A stretch of DNA of 62,759 nucleotides, counting the filler, from Collodictyon triciliatum (Eukaryota), in assembly GCA_043381765.1 (NCBI GenBank). It is 11 parts of 11 records of this genome, joined end to end, with 100 filler letters (N's around TTAATTAATTAA, not from the genome) between each part and the next. Parts side by side here need not be neighbours in the genome. Positions count along the whole stretch, not along the records: positions 22,877 to 28,492 come from JBHJMP010005073.1; positions 28,593 to 34,210 come from JBHJMP010005074.1; positions 34,311 to 39,926 come from JBHJMP010005075.1; 8 more parts are not named here. One strand, written 5' to 3'. Each line of letters begins with the position of its first letter. The first letter of the stretch is position 1. Shown here one piece after another: positions 25,618 to 38,685 of the stretch. A model generated the notes under the pieces. It was not told where the DNA came from. It saw only the letters and a program-made list of their open reading frames with translations, and ran no database searches. The position numbers and the translations under genes were made by a program.

Positions 25618-26746
25618 TCAACCTGCCTCGCACTCACGATACGTGCGAATACCATTGGGAGTCTCCTCACGCACTGTGTAGCAGTTTTTCTTCCTGTCAG
25701 ACTGCGACGACGACCCTGGTGATGGCTGTGATGATGACGAATACTGTGATTGGAGATACTCCCAGACCCCATCACGGAACCAGCCGGCGTATTCTCGCAC
25801 AGTCTTGAGGGGCTCGGCAAAGTCCACGCCAAATCCCGACGGAGCCGCATCACGTTCGTTGGCAGACCCGGACTCTGATTCGCGCGCGTATCTCTGATCG
25901 GGAGGGCGGAAGTGGAAGTGCGGAGACCTGCCGCTCATGTACTTTTCAAAGTCTCTGAAAGAGCCGAAGCGGCCCGAGTCGTCTCTGTAACCGTGATCGT
26001 CGGGCGAATATCCAAAGTACCCGTAGTCTTCCTCGTCCCCGTAGTCTGTGTCCGGGTCCAGGTTGAAGTGGAAGTAGCGGCGAAACCAGGCGGGCATCTG
26101 GAAGTGAGTCTGGGCCGATTCGGCCTGTGCGCTGCGGCCGCCTTTGGAGCGTTGGTGGGAGCCGTGTGGCGATTTCCTCTGCTTTTTGCCAAAGTCTGCA
26201 TCGTCCTCGTCCCCGTCCTCCGAGTCGAAGCCATGGCCGAAGCCGTAGAAGGAGCCTGATTGATCTGCTTCGTCGTACTCTCGGCGTTTGGCCTTATCCG
26301 ACAGAACCTCGTAGGCTGGTTTTTTTTTTTAGCTGAAGGAAGATGCGTCGGGTCGATGGTTTGAGAGTGCACGGCGTGGAGTGGGGGTAGGGAGAAACAA
26401 AGCAGCATCCGATGAACAGAGTCGTGGAAAAGAAGCTGTCTGGATGGACTTTTTGCAAACCTTGGACGATTTGCACCCAACGATCCTTTTGTCTCTGCGT
26501 CGGGTTGGTGAGTTTGTCTGGATGCTGCGTTTTTCCGAGCTTGTGGAACGCTTTGCGGATTTCGTCGCTGGTCGCTGATTTCTTGACTCCGAGGGCCGCG
26601 TAGTGATCGGGCCTTTGTCCTGATCGCGGCGTGTTGCGGCTGCCTTGGGCGCTGCCGACAACAACGAGGCACAAGATCAGAACTCCAAGGATCGGGAGAA
26701 GAGCCGATCGACGCAGCTTGGGCAGGGCAGAAGCGGGCTGCTGCAT
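25618..26746 (-). CDS. Signal-peptide DnaJ (J-domain) co-chaperone, ERdj4/DNAJB9-like architecture, 2 exons
   Basis: Hydrophobic N-terminus (LLPILGVLILCLVVVG), then DHYAALGV..ATSDEIRKAFHKL...HPDK. Intron 26316-26460 joins in phase to AYEVLSDKAKRREYD, followed by a G/F/D-rich tail. Confidence 0.9.
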
Positions 26747-27145
26747 GTTGAGATCCAGCGAGAATCGGCTGTGATGCAACTAGTGATAGAAAAAGCACAA
26801 GTGGAAAAAGTGGACACAAAGGAAAAAAAAAAAAAAGAGTAAAAAGGGGTTATTAGGATTATAGATTTGTGAGCTGGTTGATATTCGATAATGGCGTTAT
26901 TGGTGGAAGACGAAAGAATTTGGTGTTTGAAGCGGCGGCCTTGCTATGAATATCTATCACAGACTTTAAAATACCATCTTAGTTTGCATGAAGCTATGAT
27001 TAGGGGTTGCCCGTATTGTGTTTTTATTTTCTTTTTTGAGCGCCTTTATCTGATGACATAGTGTTTTATTCTTGCACAGATACTGTGTTGTGCTGCCCGA
27101 AAGTATATATCACTAATAGCCGGGCTGGTAAGGGGTTCTTTCTTT

Positions 27146-27187
<42 letters not shown>

Positions 27188-28592
27188 TTTTTTAAAAAAA
27201 ATCGACAAATAATGCGAATGAATTAAATGAGCTAAAGCTCAAACACTGCAGCACGACACGAAGAAAAAAACAAGGCCAAATCGTATTTCGTGTACAACAA
27301 AACATCAAAAAGATATTCTTACGTATGAATACACTGAGTCGTGAATGATACTTCGGGTTGATTCAACTTAATTTTTTTTTTTACCTTCAAGGTGCATGTT
27401 TAGATAAAGCATCATTACGATTTTTTTAGTTAGTAAAAGCAGAAACTAAAATGTCAAGCACATATCATCCTATTGTGATTGAGTGGAAATTAGAAAGCTC
27501 TATGCCATATAATTGAATTTTCCTCATATTATCGTATTGACTCAGGTTCTTTGACCCGCTTACCATCCTAATTTTTTTTTTTGAAGAATGTTTCTCTCTA
27601 AAATTGTCAAATCCCTGTACTTCTATGCTTTAGATAAGCTACAGAAACAAAGTTAAAAAACCCCCACAAGTTCCAGCAATCTTTGATGAAAATTGGAAAA
27701 CTAAAATCTCCAAACAGAAAGCAAGCACAATACGCTACTTTAATACAAGACTGTTTGAAAACTAACGAAGTTTATTGACTGAGAGTCGCGTATGGGTAAT
27801 CATATTTGAGATAAATCAAATGGGATGAATCATGCAACCACCTCTTTCTTTTTTTTTTCTCTATCAAAACCATAATAGGAATAAAATATCTGTGAAATGA
27901 ACAAACTGAATACAAATCTTATTTTGAAAATCGTCCATTTGAATTATTCATTCATTTATTTTTTTTTTAAAAAAAATTCAAATGACTGTACTGTGCATCA
28001 TAGTTAAATATCTCAAAAACAAAGCTTGATAATAACTATGACCAAGTCACTTCAACAAATTTATTGAATAACCCCCTGGAGTAAAATGATGATATGAATG
28101 ACTGAAATAAATCAAAGGGACATCATTCGTACAATGCACACTACAAGAATACCTAGAAACGAGGTGAAAAGAAAAAAAACGTGACTCGAAATTATCCCTG
28201 AGCCATCCAAAAAATCACTGGAATTACAAAGCACCAACAGTTTGCTATTTTCGTCATACTCCCAGCAAGATTGCCGATTATTGGTATGTATCTAAATAGC
28301 ATAGTAATTGTATATAGTTTATATGATTCCATCATAAATGCCTAAGCCGAGAATGGAAGTGTATATAAATTCTGATTATTATAAAAAACTCTCCAAAATA
28401 AAATAAAATAAAATAAAATAAAATAAAATAAAATAAAATAAAATAAAATAAAATAAAATAAAATAAAATAAAATAAAATAAAATAAAATAAANNNNNNNN
28501 NNNNNNNNNNNNNNNNNNNNNNNNNNNNNNNNNNNNTTAATTAATTAANNNNNNNNNNNNNNNNNNNNNNNNNNNNNNNNNNNNNNNNNNNN

Positions 28593-29792
28593 TCCATGCT
28601 TGAAAGAATAGGACCTTGTATTTGTTATGGGTTTGATGTGTCCATTTTCGTCCTTATCCAAAGCGTTTGCAGACTTTATCATAAGACTGTTCTTTGCCTC
28701 CAAGTACGTGTAATGAGTTCCTATCGAATCATAAAAAGTAGCGCCCAAAGTATTTGCGATTACCTTAGTGTTCTTCTGCAATATATATGAATACCCGTTT
28801 TTGGTGGTTTTGATCGTATCAAGAATATTTTGAACGACATAGAGATACATTTCAACCCCAACAACACCTATAATCCTTTGGTTTGTTTTGGAGTCATATA
28901 AAGGACGAGCTGCAGTTACAGAAAGAGTAATGCCTGATGGGTTCCAGGATGGATATACAGGACCCCACGTCGGATGGTTTGCCTTTTCTGCTGCGATATA
29001 CCAAGCTCTTTTTGTTGGATTATAGTTTGGAAATGCGTTGTTAAAACGCATTTCATTTGTTGGACTTTCGAGTAGAGAGTTGTTTTTAGGAAAATAAAAT
29101 GCAAGACTGTTGTTATTTGAAGGGTCAGAACAACCAACTGAGGGGACACCAAAGTCATTCCACATTCCTACAAACCCAATATCTGTTGCTGAGCCGTAAT
29201 ATGCCTTAGGTATCTTATTAGTTCCGTTTGTCACCCCAAAAAATGTTCTTCTTGCAGCATAAAAGTTGCAATGGTCTCGAACATTCTCGATAGACCAGCC
29301 TAACAATGTTGAGTTCAGTGACCTTGATAGCTCGTGCGGATTATCAAGAGCAGCTTGAACCTGACTCTTAATCCTCTCCATAGTTTGGTCTTGCAGTTGG
29401 TCAGAAATGTTTCCAACTGAAGAAAAACCAAAGATATAGGAGGGCACAACGCTCACCAAGGCAACAGACACGACGGAGAAGAAGGACAGCAATAGAATCG
29501 AATTACGCAAAGATATTGTGCGTTCGATACTCTTCTTCATTTCCGCCTGCGTTTTGAAAGCAATTTCATGTTGGATTAATCATAATGGTTTGATAATCCA
29601 GCCAGTCAAAATTTCTCGACACATGAAAATATTGCAAATATCTCACTTCATGCGATCAAGAAATATTGAGGATAAAGCGGATGGTGATATACTCACATCA
29701 GTCCAGGCATTGTTATTTGGGTCTTTGGGAGCAGGCGATTCATCTGATGCCAGAGATATGCGCGGTTTGTTTTCTTGGTTGCGGGTAGTCAT
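28593..29792 (-). CDS. Membrane-anchored dCache-type extracellular sensor protein; the 3' output domain is lost at the contig edge
   Basis: TM helix (ILLLSFFSVVSVALVSVVPSYIF), then dCache_1-like motifs YNPTKRAWY, TWGPVY, VTAARPLYD..IIGVVGVEM, GYSYIL. A probable 32-codon first exon (29792-29697, GAT|gtgagt) joins in phase at cag|GCG (29546). Confidence 0.8.
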
Positions 29793-30159
29793 TTCCTTGA
29801 AAAGATATGATAGCTCAGTAGATTATTTCGTATCATGTTATTCTTGAATAAACTAATCGCGGCATGTAATCCAAAGCATTTCATCAGAATAAAACAAATC
29901 GCGTCTTACAGTACATTTTATAAAAGAGTAAGCGACCGAAATTTGAGGTTGAATGAAAATCATTATTTTGTATGGGATGACTCTTGATATAGTTGTTGAA
30001 TGCCTTAGAATGTGAAGAAATTACGAATTCATTCTGTTATCGATGTTATATTATTGAGATATTTTACTTTTATTTGTCGATGGTATTATTATGGCATTAC
30101 TATGGTTATAATTATTGATTATTGTGAAAATAATTTTGATGATGATTATAACTATCATT

Positions 30160-30260
30160 ATGATAATGATAATGATAATGATAATGATAATGATAATGAT
30201 AATGATAATGATAATGATAATGATAATGATAATGATAATGATAATGATAATGATAATGAT
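30160..30260. repeat. (GATAAT)n microsatellite; same motif flanks the gap at 60316-60486
   Basis: Direct reading of the sequence. Confidence 0.95.
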
Positions 30261-33200
30261 TATTATTCTTGTTCTTATCATTAATTTTATTTTTTAGCAA
30301 GTGATATTATAGCTCTTGAAAATGTACATATGAATTTCACTGTCCTATTTTATCGATGTCATATGTCATTTAATATATTTTATTAGGATGTTGATAGATA
30401 TTGAATTTTTGAAAACATGCACGGTGTTTTCTATGATTGGTTATTGGACATTTGTTATATTTCTGGAGTGTTCCTGACTGAGATTTCCATGGGCATCGTT
30501 TTCTTGTTGCATAGCCTCAGGAACATGTCTTCTTAATCTGCAAATTTATACCTTTTCAATATGTTTTTGTTATTTTAATCAATTTAAAGCTTGTATAATT
30601 CATTTATACAGTGCGACTTTGAATTTATACTCACAGGAAAATATTCAAGAATATAAAATCAATTTTCAGCCGTTATGCAAAGTGCCCGAGAAAAGTTTCG
30701 TCATCGAATCCACAGAAAATCGGTTTGCTATAGCTTTTTACTAAAAAAAAGCATTATAGCGAGTGTCTTAATATTATTCCGCTAAAGTTAAGCCTTTTAG
30801 CTCATGGAACTTTAGGAGACCGTTACTTTTGTCGGCCAACAAATGTCTCTTTGGCGCGAGTTTGGATGAATTTCGATGAAGTTCGGTCATTACGTCTATT
30901 TTAACTGAATGGGAAGTGAATTCGCGGCAAATAATGTCAGTTCATAATTGATAAAGCCCTTCATTCAGTGAAGTTCCATGCACTGCAAAGAATTTTAAGT
31001 AACGGCTTTGCACATCTCAAAAGTTCATTTAATATAATAGTTCTATTCTTACCTTCGAAATTTGCATTTAATATAAACTGCGCATCATATATTTAAACTA
31101 GCCTATTGACTGGTAATTGTTTATCGACCTAGTGAACAAAGACCCAAGATTGATCGACCTGTTGCACGAAGGACATAATTCATTATTTAATTTACTCGAT
31201 GTTAACTTCAAGAGTTTTGGAACATTTTGTAAGGATTTTGCTAATTATTTTTATTTAACAATATATCAGAACTTAGATCGATTCTATGTTGCACATTCTC
31301 ATCAGTCCAAGAATGAAGCTTTTTGTGATGTTTAGTGAAAATAAAATCAGTTGTAAATAACACCGATATTAGGACGCCTGGATTCAGAAGATGCCTAAAT
31401 AATATTGAAGTATTCATGCCATTGAATAAAATGGCTATCCTAAAGATATATGAGTATTAAACGAACGGGCATGAGACTTGAGGTTGTGAATTCAAGTGCT
31501 TAGTTTTGACTCTAAACGACTTTATGTTATTTATTATTATAAATCATGTAACATCTTTATTTTCTGTTTCAGTGCGCACAAAGTCAAATAATACATGCGT
31601 TTTGCAATCCAGAAGATTTCCACTTCATACTTGGCGGTGAAGAACTGATCGATAATATATAAAATCTGAACTCTCAGTCAATAATCAATGATTATTTATA
31701 GAGAAAGATGGAAAATTTAAATGCGTGATTCTGTATTTTTCGGCTATTAAATTATTTTCAATAAATGTATCTTTGCTTCCAGCATGAATGACTTTTGATA
31801 AATCATTCCTTATTAATATATCCCTGGACATTATGGAAAGAACATCGTGAAGAGTATTTTTGAATGATATTTTAAATACTATGTAAATTATGTAGAACTT
31901 TTTCAACTTTATTGTATAATTCTCTTTCAATAATCACCTCAAAAATTGTTGTTTTCATGTTAGAGCTCCCAAAACTTTGAATCGAATAAAGTAAAAAAAT
32001 GCTAGGGTAACGAATAATGTACGACAATATTCAACATCTCCATTTTACTAGAAACATCAATCGCTCAGATTACGGATTTTTTGTAGAAATTTCGTGGTTA
32101 TTTCTAAAATATTCGATGTTGGAATTAGATTCCGAAGAAAAATTTAACCCAACGAGAAGGCAGAAATATTAATTAATTGAACAAATTTCGCTCTTGACTG
32201 CCCGGAGTATTCATGTGCTGTGGGTCATTTGGTATTGTGCGCCGAACAGGATACCGGACTCGCTGAGTAAGTTAGGAACATAATCAACCTTAGAGAGCAT
32301 CTTGTGAGTGGATTTTGTTGCTTTTTGAGCCAGAGAGCACTAAATATATGTGTGTTTGATAGAGTTAACTCCACCATGGCACAATTGTATATAGTTAGTA
32401 GTCGTATGGACTATACGCGCACCTATCCGCAGCCCTGTTGGAGATGTTTTGCAGTAGAGCTATTTCTTTTGAAATTTGATGTATGCGGACTTGCTCCCAG
32501 ATTTTGAACATAGACGGTTCTTTAATATCAACAATTTCGGCCCATCGACTCAATTTTCCCGATTTGAAAGGATTTGGGCTGATGATGTTTATTTATTGAG
32601 AGAGCATTTATAAGACCTAGCCACTGAGAATTGAGGGAATTTGATTGTAATTGACTGCTTGACTGTTCATTTAAGATTAATGACGGAATGAATTGAAGCC
32701 CGTGGCATAAGAATAATGGTCATTTTTACATTCCTGATTAATATTATTTATATCGAAGCTTATATAATAATCACATGTTGATATGAGATATCAAATTATT
32801 TTAAACAAAGCTGAGCTAATTGGATTTTTTTAATACGACTTAACTATTGAATATTATGTAAATGCATAAAAACACAAATTTTTGTCTAATTGTTTTTTCG
32901 GTTTTATTTAAACCAATCTTGTTGAAAATTTGATACATTTTGATTACCTAACATATTTGTTGGTTAATTTATGAATCATGTCACGATTTTTGAATCAGAT
33001 TTTGAGAAAATTATATGTTCATTTTCCAATTAATTTAATAATCCGCCGTCTCCAAATTAAATGCAAAATCGACTCGGCACCAATTTGAATGCTTTTAACT
33101 GCAAAAAAATTAAGAGTTTTTATTGTGAAAAGGCTTCTAGAAGCGAAATATTGTCGATTTATTTCAAAATTATATGTTGCAATAACATTTGATTCACAAA

Positions 33201-33558
33201 AGATAATCATCCATATTGTTCGCGGATTACCTCAAATATTGTCTCCATTCCTTCAAATAAATAAACAGAGTGTTTAAAAAAACAGATACCATGATGGGCT
33301 TTGACAAATTTTTATATGCTTCTCGTGTTAACATACAACAAGACTGTTTTTGATTTATGAATAAGCGATAAAATTCATATTATTTGGAATCGCAATTGAT
33401 TATTTTGAATTGTATTGTGCTTTATTAAATGCAACGACTGGTGTCAAGTTAGTTTTTCAGAGTCAGAGCCGTTCATATTTGAAAGAGTGAGGAGATAAAA
33501 TGCAGCATTACTTTCAGAGTCGAATGATGCATTTAGTTGAGATTTTAGCGTGGTTGTT

Positions 33559-33978
33559 TCATTTTTTGACAGCTAAACACTGGTCGCCTTCGTAATTCGA
33601 GGAAATTGGGGAAGCAAGAACAACATCGAGGTAGTTGAAGGGACGAGGCATGTACTCATCTTTGGAGGCTGCATTGTGTTTTTGCATGAGAGGTGATGAA
33701 CATGAGTAAATTGATGGTGCTGCGACTGTCTGTGTAGAGGTGAGGTTCTTATGGTGCTGTTTGGATTTCAGATGCTCCGTTTGCGCTTGTACAGAAAATC
33801 CGCGCCATGTTGGACATATATGACATGAGAATTCAACTCGATGACGTTTTGGGTTGAGCTTGCATGTGTTCAGGTGTAATTGAAGATTGCGCTTTGAAGA
33901 TAACTGCTTGGTGCAATATGAGCACACAAACTTGCCCATATCAATGCCTGCAGTTTCTTCCTTCGATTTCACTTTCAA
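33559..33978 (-). CDS. C2H2-type zinc-finger ORF with two fingers; possibly part of a longer or decayed gene
   Basis: FVCSYCTKQLSSKRNLQLHLNTC and FSCHICPTWRGFSVQAQTEHLKSKQH. Confidence 0.7.
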   Translation of the reverse strand: MKVKSKEETAGIDMGKFVCSYCTKQLSSKRNLQLHLNTCKLNPKRHRVEFSCHICPTWRGFSVQAQTEHLKSKQHHKNLTSTQTVAAPSIYSCSSPLMQKHNAASKDEYMPRPFNYLDVVLASPISSNYEGDQCLAVKK

Positions 33979-34322
33979 ATAAAATTGATATCAACTAAAT
34001 GCAACAATTTACATTCGAATAGTTATTTTTATGTCTTTTTTGTCTTTTTGTTTTTTTATGTTTTTTATGTTTTTTATGTTTTTTTATGTTTTTTATGTTT
34101 TTTATGTTTTTTATGTTTTTTATGTTTTTTATGTTTTTTATGTTTTTTATGTTTTTTATGTTTTTTATGTTTTTTATGTTTTTTATGTTTTTTATGTTTT
34201 TTATGTTTTTNNNNNNNNNNNNNNNNNNNNNNNNNNNNNNNNNNNNNNNNNNNNTTAATTAATTAANNNNNNNNNNNNNNNNNNNNNNNNNNNNNNNNNN
34301 NNNNNNNNNNAATAATAATAAT

Positions 34323-34445
34323 AGAAGAAGAAGAAGAAGAAGAAGAAGAAGAAGAAGAAGAAGAAGAAGAAGAAGAAGAAGAAGAAGAAGAAGAAGAAGA
34401 AGAAGAAGAAGAAGAAGAAGAAGAAGAAGAAGAAGAAGAAAGAAT
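34323..34445. repeat. (GAA)n microsatellite at a contig edge
   Basis: Direct reading of the sequence. Confidence 0.95.
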
Positions 34446-36968
34446 GCTTCGCATCACCTCTGATAACTTCTCGCCATCCACTTTATTTTTTGTCGCGCTG
34501 TGTAAAGTTCGACTATGAGCAGCTCTGTACTCTGAAATTGCAGAGTCAAATGCTTTTTTCTTTTCCTTTCAGAGACAAGGTTTGGTACCACAATAAAAGT
34601 TAAACAATTGAATTGAATCCATGGAAAGTAGGTTTTATTCTTGGCAAGATTCGTAAGAAAAGTTGACATTCAAGTCATAATTTACATAATAGAACATAAC
34701 CATGTGAATATATATATCGAATGAATTTCTTGAGAGCTTATAAATGGGATATGACGAAAATGAAATTTTGATGAAAAACAAAAAACAAAAGAAAAATAAA
34801 AACAAAACAAAAGACAAGAAACCTTCAAGGGTTGTTCGTGCTCCTCATGAAAATGTTGAAGTGGAGTGACAAGTACACTTTCTAGACTCATCAACTATAA
34901 TAGTTTGTCATGCGAGTGAAATTTGATATGTGCATTAAGAAGAGGGGAAAACATCATATTTTCATGGTGTCCCCAGAATTTATGTGTTGGATTTTTATTA
35001 GTATTCTTACAAATGTTTTACGTATGTTCACTAGCGATAGCAATTTTTGGGTGAGCGAACTAAGAATACTCCCTTTGATATTCATGTATTAAGGTTCCGT
35101 ATTACGACTCAGCCGTGAATGCATTCAGAGGCGAAAATTTTGGGTGCATAAATAGCAATATTATATTGACAGTATCATGTTGATTAAATGTTTAATTTTA
35201 ATTATAATATTTATTATTATTACTATTATTATTAGTATTATTAGTAGTATTATTATTATTTAAACAAGAAACGCCCAGCATTTAATAACAAAGCCATATG
35301 AAAAATTGTTTGTATTTACTTATTTCAGTAGATGTTTGTATCTCAAAATGATCTTTAAAAGACGCGCCGATTAGCTCCTCCGATAATAAAATGTCTGAGC
35401 TTAAAAAATCTAAATTTGATCAGGTGTTGGATGAAGAAAATCAGATTTGGTGCTAACGAATGGGATTATTTTGTAACAATTTTTTCGACAAAGGTCTATG
35501 AGCGCGAATAGCGTATATGAAAAAAAAAAGGAAGAAAACAGTTAAAGTCGAATAAGCGTTAAGAGAGTGTACTTACCTCAAGAAAAGAAAAGAAAAGAAA
35601 AGAAAAGAAAAGAAAAGAAAAATACATACATGTCTAATAATTATCCACATTATCATTTCCTATTGTCTACGTTTGTATTTGGATCTAATATGAAAAGTAT
35701 GTAATGTGGTTGAAGGAAATAAGTTTGGCTAACCTTGACCTGAAGTAAAACACTTCTTTGACACGTCAACAGTCTTTTTTGTTGTATCCATCAAACGTTC
35801 GGACATCTCAAAGTAGTGAGTGATAAGAAATCGAGTGGTAAGAGAAAAGAAACCCTTCTTCAGACAAAAGAAAAGCACGTGCAGAAAAAGGAACCGACAA
35901 AAAGAAAAATGAGAAGCAACAAGCAAACAAATCAACGCCATAGAGTTTGAAGAATTGCCGAACGAACCATATGTTCGTAGAGGAATGGATGGCGTCAGTG
36001 TATCGCTCACCACTTGAAGTCCTTCCAGCCTTCTCTGGAGGTCGGGTGAGTCTGTGATAACTCCTTCAACGAGCTCGAGCGTGAGGCCAACACTACTTCC
36101 AGGTGACGACAACGAATCTTGTACATTTTTACTGCCCATTCTAGAGTCAGATCCTGTCAAATGCTGGGGCTGGAGTAAGGTAGTCAGTTTCCTCGTAACG
36201 TAACACACGTGCCTACCAGCAAGGGCTTTTGACTTCAGGGAGAAGATTAAATATGGCTTCTTTTTTCTTTCTTTTTTTTCTGTTGTCTTCGAAGGCAAGA
36301 TCCAGCTCCGGAAGGGGTATGATGAGGTCTAAAGTTGAGCGTGATCTAAAGAGACCAGCCCTTCTTCTCGGCCTGTTCTGCGACAACTCCAAGCGGCTGA
36401 TATGCTCATACCCCAAGGTTATTTTTTTTTGATTATTTTTTTCGAATATCCCATTATTATTTTTTTCTCTTGGGTAAGGCTAATCAGGTGGTCGCATAAC
36501 GAGTCGAGGCAGGGACGGATAAAGGGTTGGGAGCCGCAGCGAGTCCCGGGCAATGCGGAGGCCTTTCCTTGCGTGGGAAGCTTCACGCAGAGGAGTTTGG
36601 CAGACCCGCACAGGCGCTTCGAAGGCGTGAGGGGTGGGTGGAACAAGACATGTTCCGAACAAGCAACCCAGCTTCTCTAAAGAGCGAGGATTGTCCGACC
36701 ACAAACACGTCTCTCTGGAAATCTAACAGGAGGAACAAGTCCAAATGTAGAGGACACACAATGCCGGTGGGCTTTGATAGGTCCAGTGTCAAAGAAAAAG
36801 GGGAAAGAGACGAGCATAATAATTATTATTGTTGTAAGGATCAAGGGATAGGAACATCTGCATGTTTAATCAATCCGCCAACAGGCACCCAGTCATCAAC
36901 AGCGATATGAAATGAAAAGCAGAGGAGGAGCTGCTCCACCACAGCCCAAGGGTCAACAGGTCACAAGG

Positions 36969-38498
36969 TCATTGCAAACCCGGAAGGGAGAGACATTCTT
37001 GATTTGCTGGTTGGTGATGTGTGGAGGGCGACTCTGAGGGTATCTTTGCTTTGTTCCTGTTGCCGAAGAGGACCTTGCGTGCTCCACGAGCAATCAAAGT
37101 GAACCAATATGTATTGAGTATGGTGATGACGATGTACTGCACTTGAAGATAGTAGTAAACAGGGAGAGGTCGCTTGGCGAGATCGTCCAGCCACAGCCAC
37201 AGGATATATGCAAAGTATGCTTGACAGACAACTCGAATCAAGAAGAATCCGACAGCCATACAAACACCTAGTACCATGAATGGGTATTAGACGGCTGTCA
37301 TAATATGAGAGGTGATGGCCAAATATAACACCGATTGAATGCTTGATTGAATAAATAGCTTCTTGGTTGTTTTGTTTTTACCATTGTAAATGTACACAGA
37401 CTCCGATTCTTTCTTCATCTTCGAAAGCATCCAGCGAGCGTTTACAAAAGGAGTAGTAAATTCTGTGAACAAAAAGAAGACGCCGTGCAGATGACCCACT
37501 TCATAAATCTGAAATGTTTTTTTTAAATTTATAGAAATCAATGTCTTGAATAAAAAAAAAAAAAAAAAAAAAGGGGGGGGGGGGGGGGGGAATCATGGGA
37601 ATCTACCAAAATCAGGTGGCTATGTGTGGCTAAGCTCTGACAACAATTCTTACCATAAAAAGGGAATATGATGATATGGCAACTATGTGGTGGACTAAGG
37701 TGGACTGGAACCCTGAAATGGTCTTTCGGTGCCTGAAGCAAATGATCAAATCCACGATTATGTATCCCAAGAAGCAACTGAAGACAATGTCACACTTTGG
37801 GTTGGTTACAAGCACCCCGTTCCATATACTAGGCGTGGCTGAGTCTAGAAATAGGAGAGCTGCTGCTATTGTGCAAAATACTGCGTTGACGTTCGAACCA
37901 ACCCTAAATGACAAATATGGGGACAGGTAGTCGTTAAATAGATATGTCAAACTGGAGTTGGGAGAAAGAAAAAGGATCCAAAAGCAAGTGATTCTATTAT
38001 CTCGGTACTTGAATTTGAAAAATATAGAATTTAAACAAATTCATTTTTCGGTCTCTACGATGAGATTTTACTTCTCTCTCCATTTGTATATCGTTCAATG
38101 TTGCTTCCCATGGAGGGGAATTATGATTGAGAAGACATAGTATAGTTAGACTCTAGGCGCAGAAAAGAAAAATAGTGCACGCACCGTGTATTCCACTCGA
38201 TTTGATCGGCCCTTGAAAAAGAGCCATATCCCTCGAAGAAGCGACGCGAGAAGGGCGCAGCCAAGTAATAAATGACTGCATATGCCCAGCAGGACAAGAA
38301 AGTTGCGCGGAGGCGCAGGTCACTTAGATCGATGGAGATAAGGAGAGGCAGGTGTATGGTGATCAAAGACTTGAGGCGGATGAGCATGAGATCGGCCCCG
38401 TCCAAGGTGGGCAGAGTTGGTGTCGATCCCAAGTAGTTTGTGTACTGTGAAAGAGACGGAAAGGTCTCCAAGATCCGGCTGAAGAATTGGGTGCTCAT
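36969..38498 (-). CDS. TLC (TRAM/LAG1/CLN8) domain membrane protein, TMEM56/TLCD4-like, about 4 exons
   Basis: Motifs EWNTR|VGSNVNA, GYIIVDL, LVHHIVAI, TEFTTPFVNARWML, YNG|VCMAVGFFLIRV, LNTYWFTLI; GT-AG junctions, last one checked in phase. Confidence 0.9.
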
Positions 38499-38650
38499 TC
38501 TCGAGTGCTGAGGGAGGTTTGTGGTGTTGAAGAAAGGGCTTTTGAGTTTGGAACAGATCAACAAAGCCTAGGCAGCTGGTCATTACCGAGAGATGGTAGT
38601 AGCTTTCAGAAAAATAATAAATGCAGCAGCAGACAGGGCAATTCATGATG

Positions 38651-38685
<35 letters not shown>

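Noticed and set aside
30012-30300. Poly-DN/I/HY/IM ORFs, and similar poly-K/F/S/FLC ORFs at contig ends
   Set aside because: Translations of microsatellites, not genes.
36236-36375. U6-like (GAGAAGATTA..ATGGC) and U2-like (TTCTCGGCCT) words
   Set aside because: Only short matches; the invariant ACAGAGA/AGC of U6 and the GTAGTA branch-pairing region of U2 are absent.
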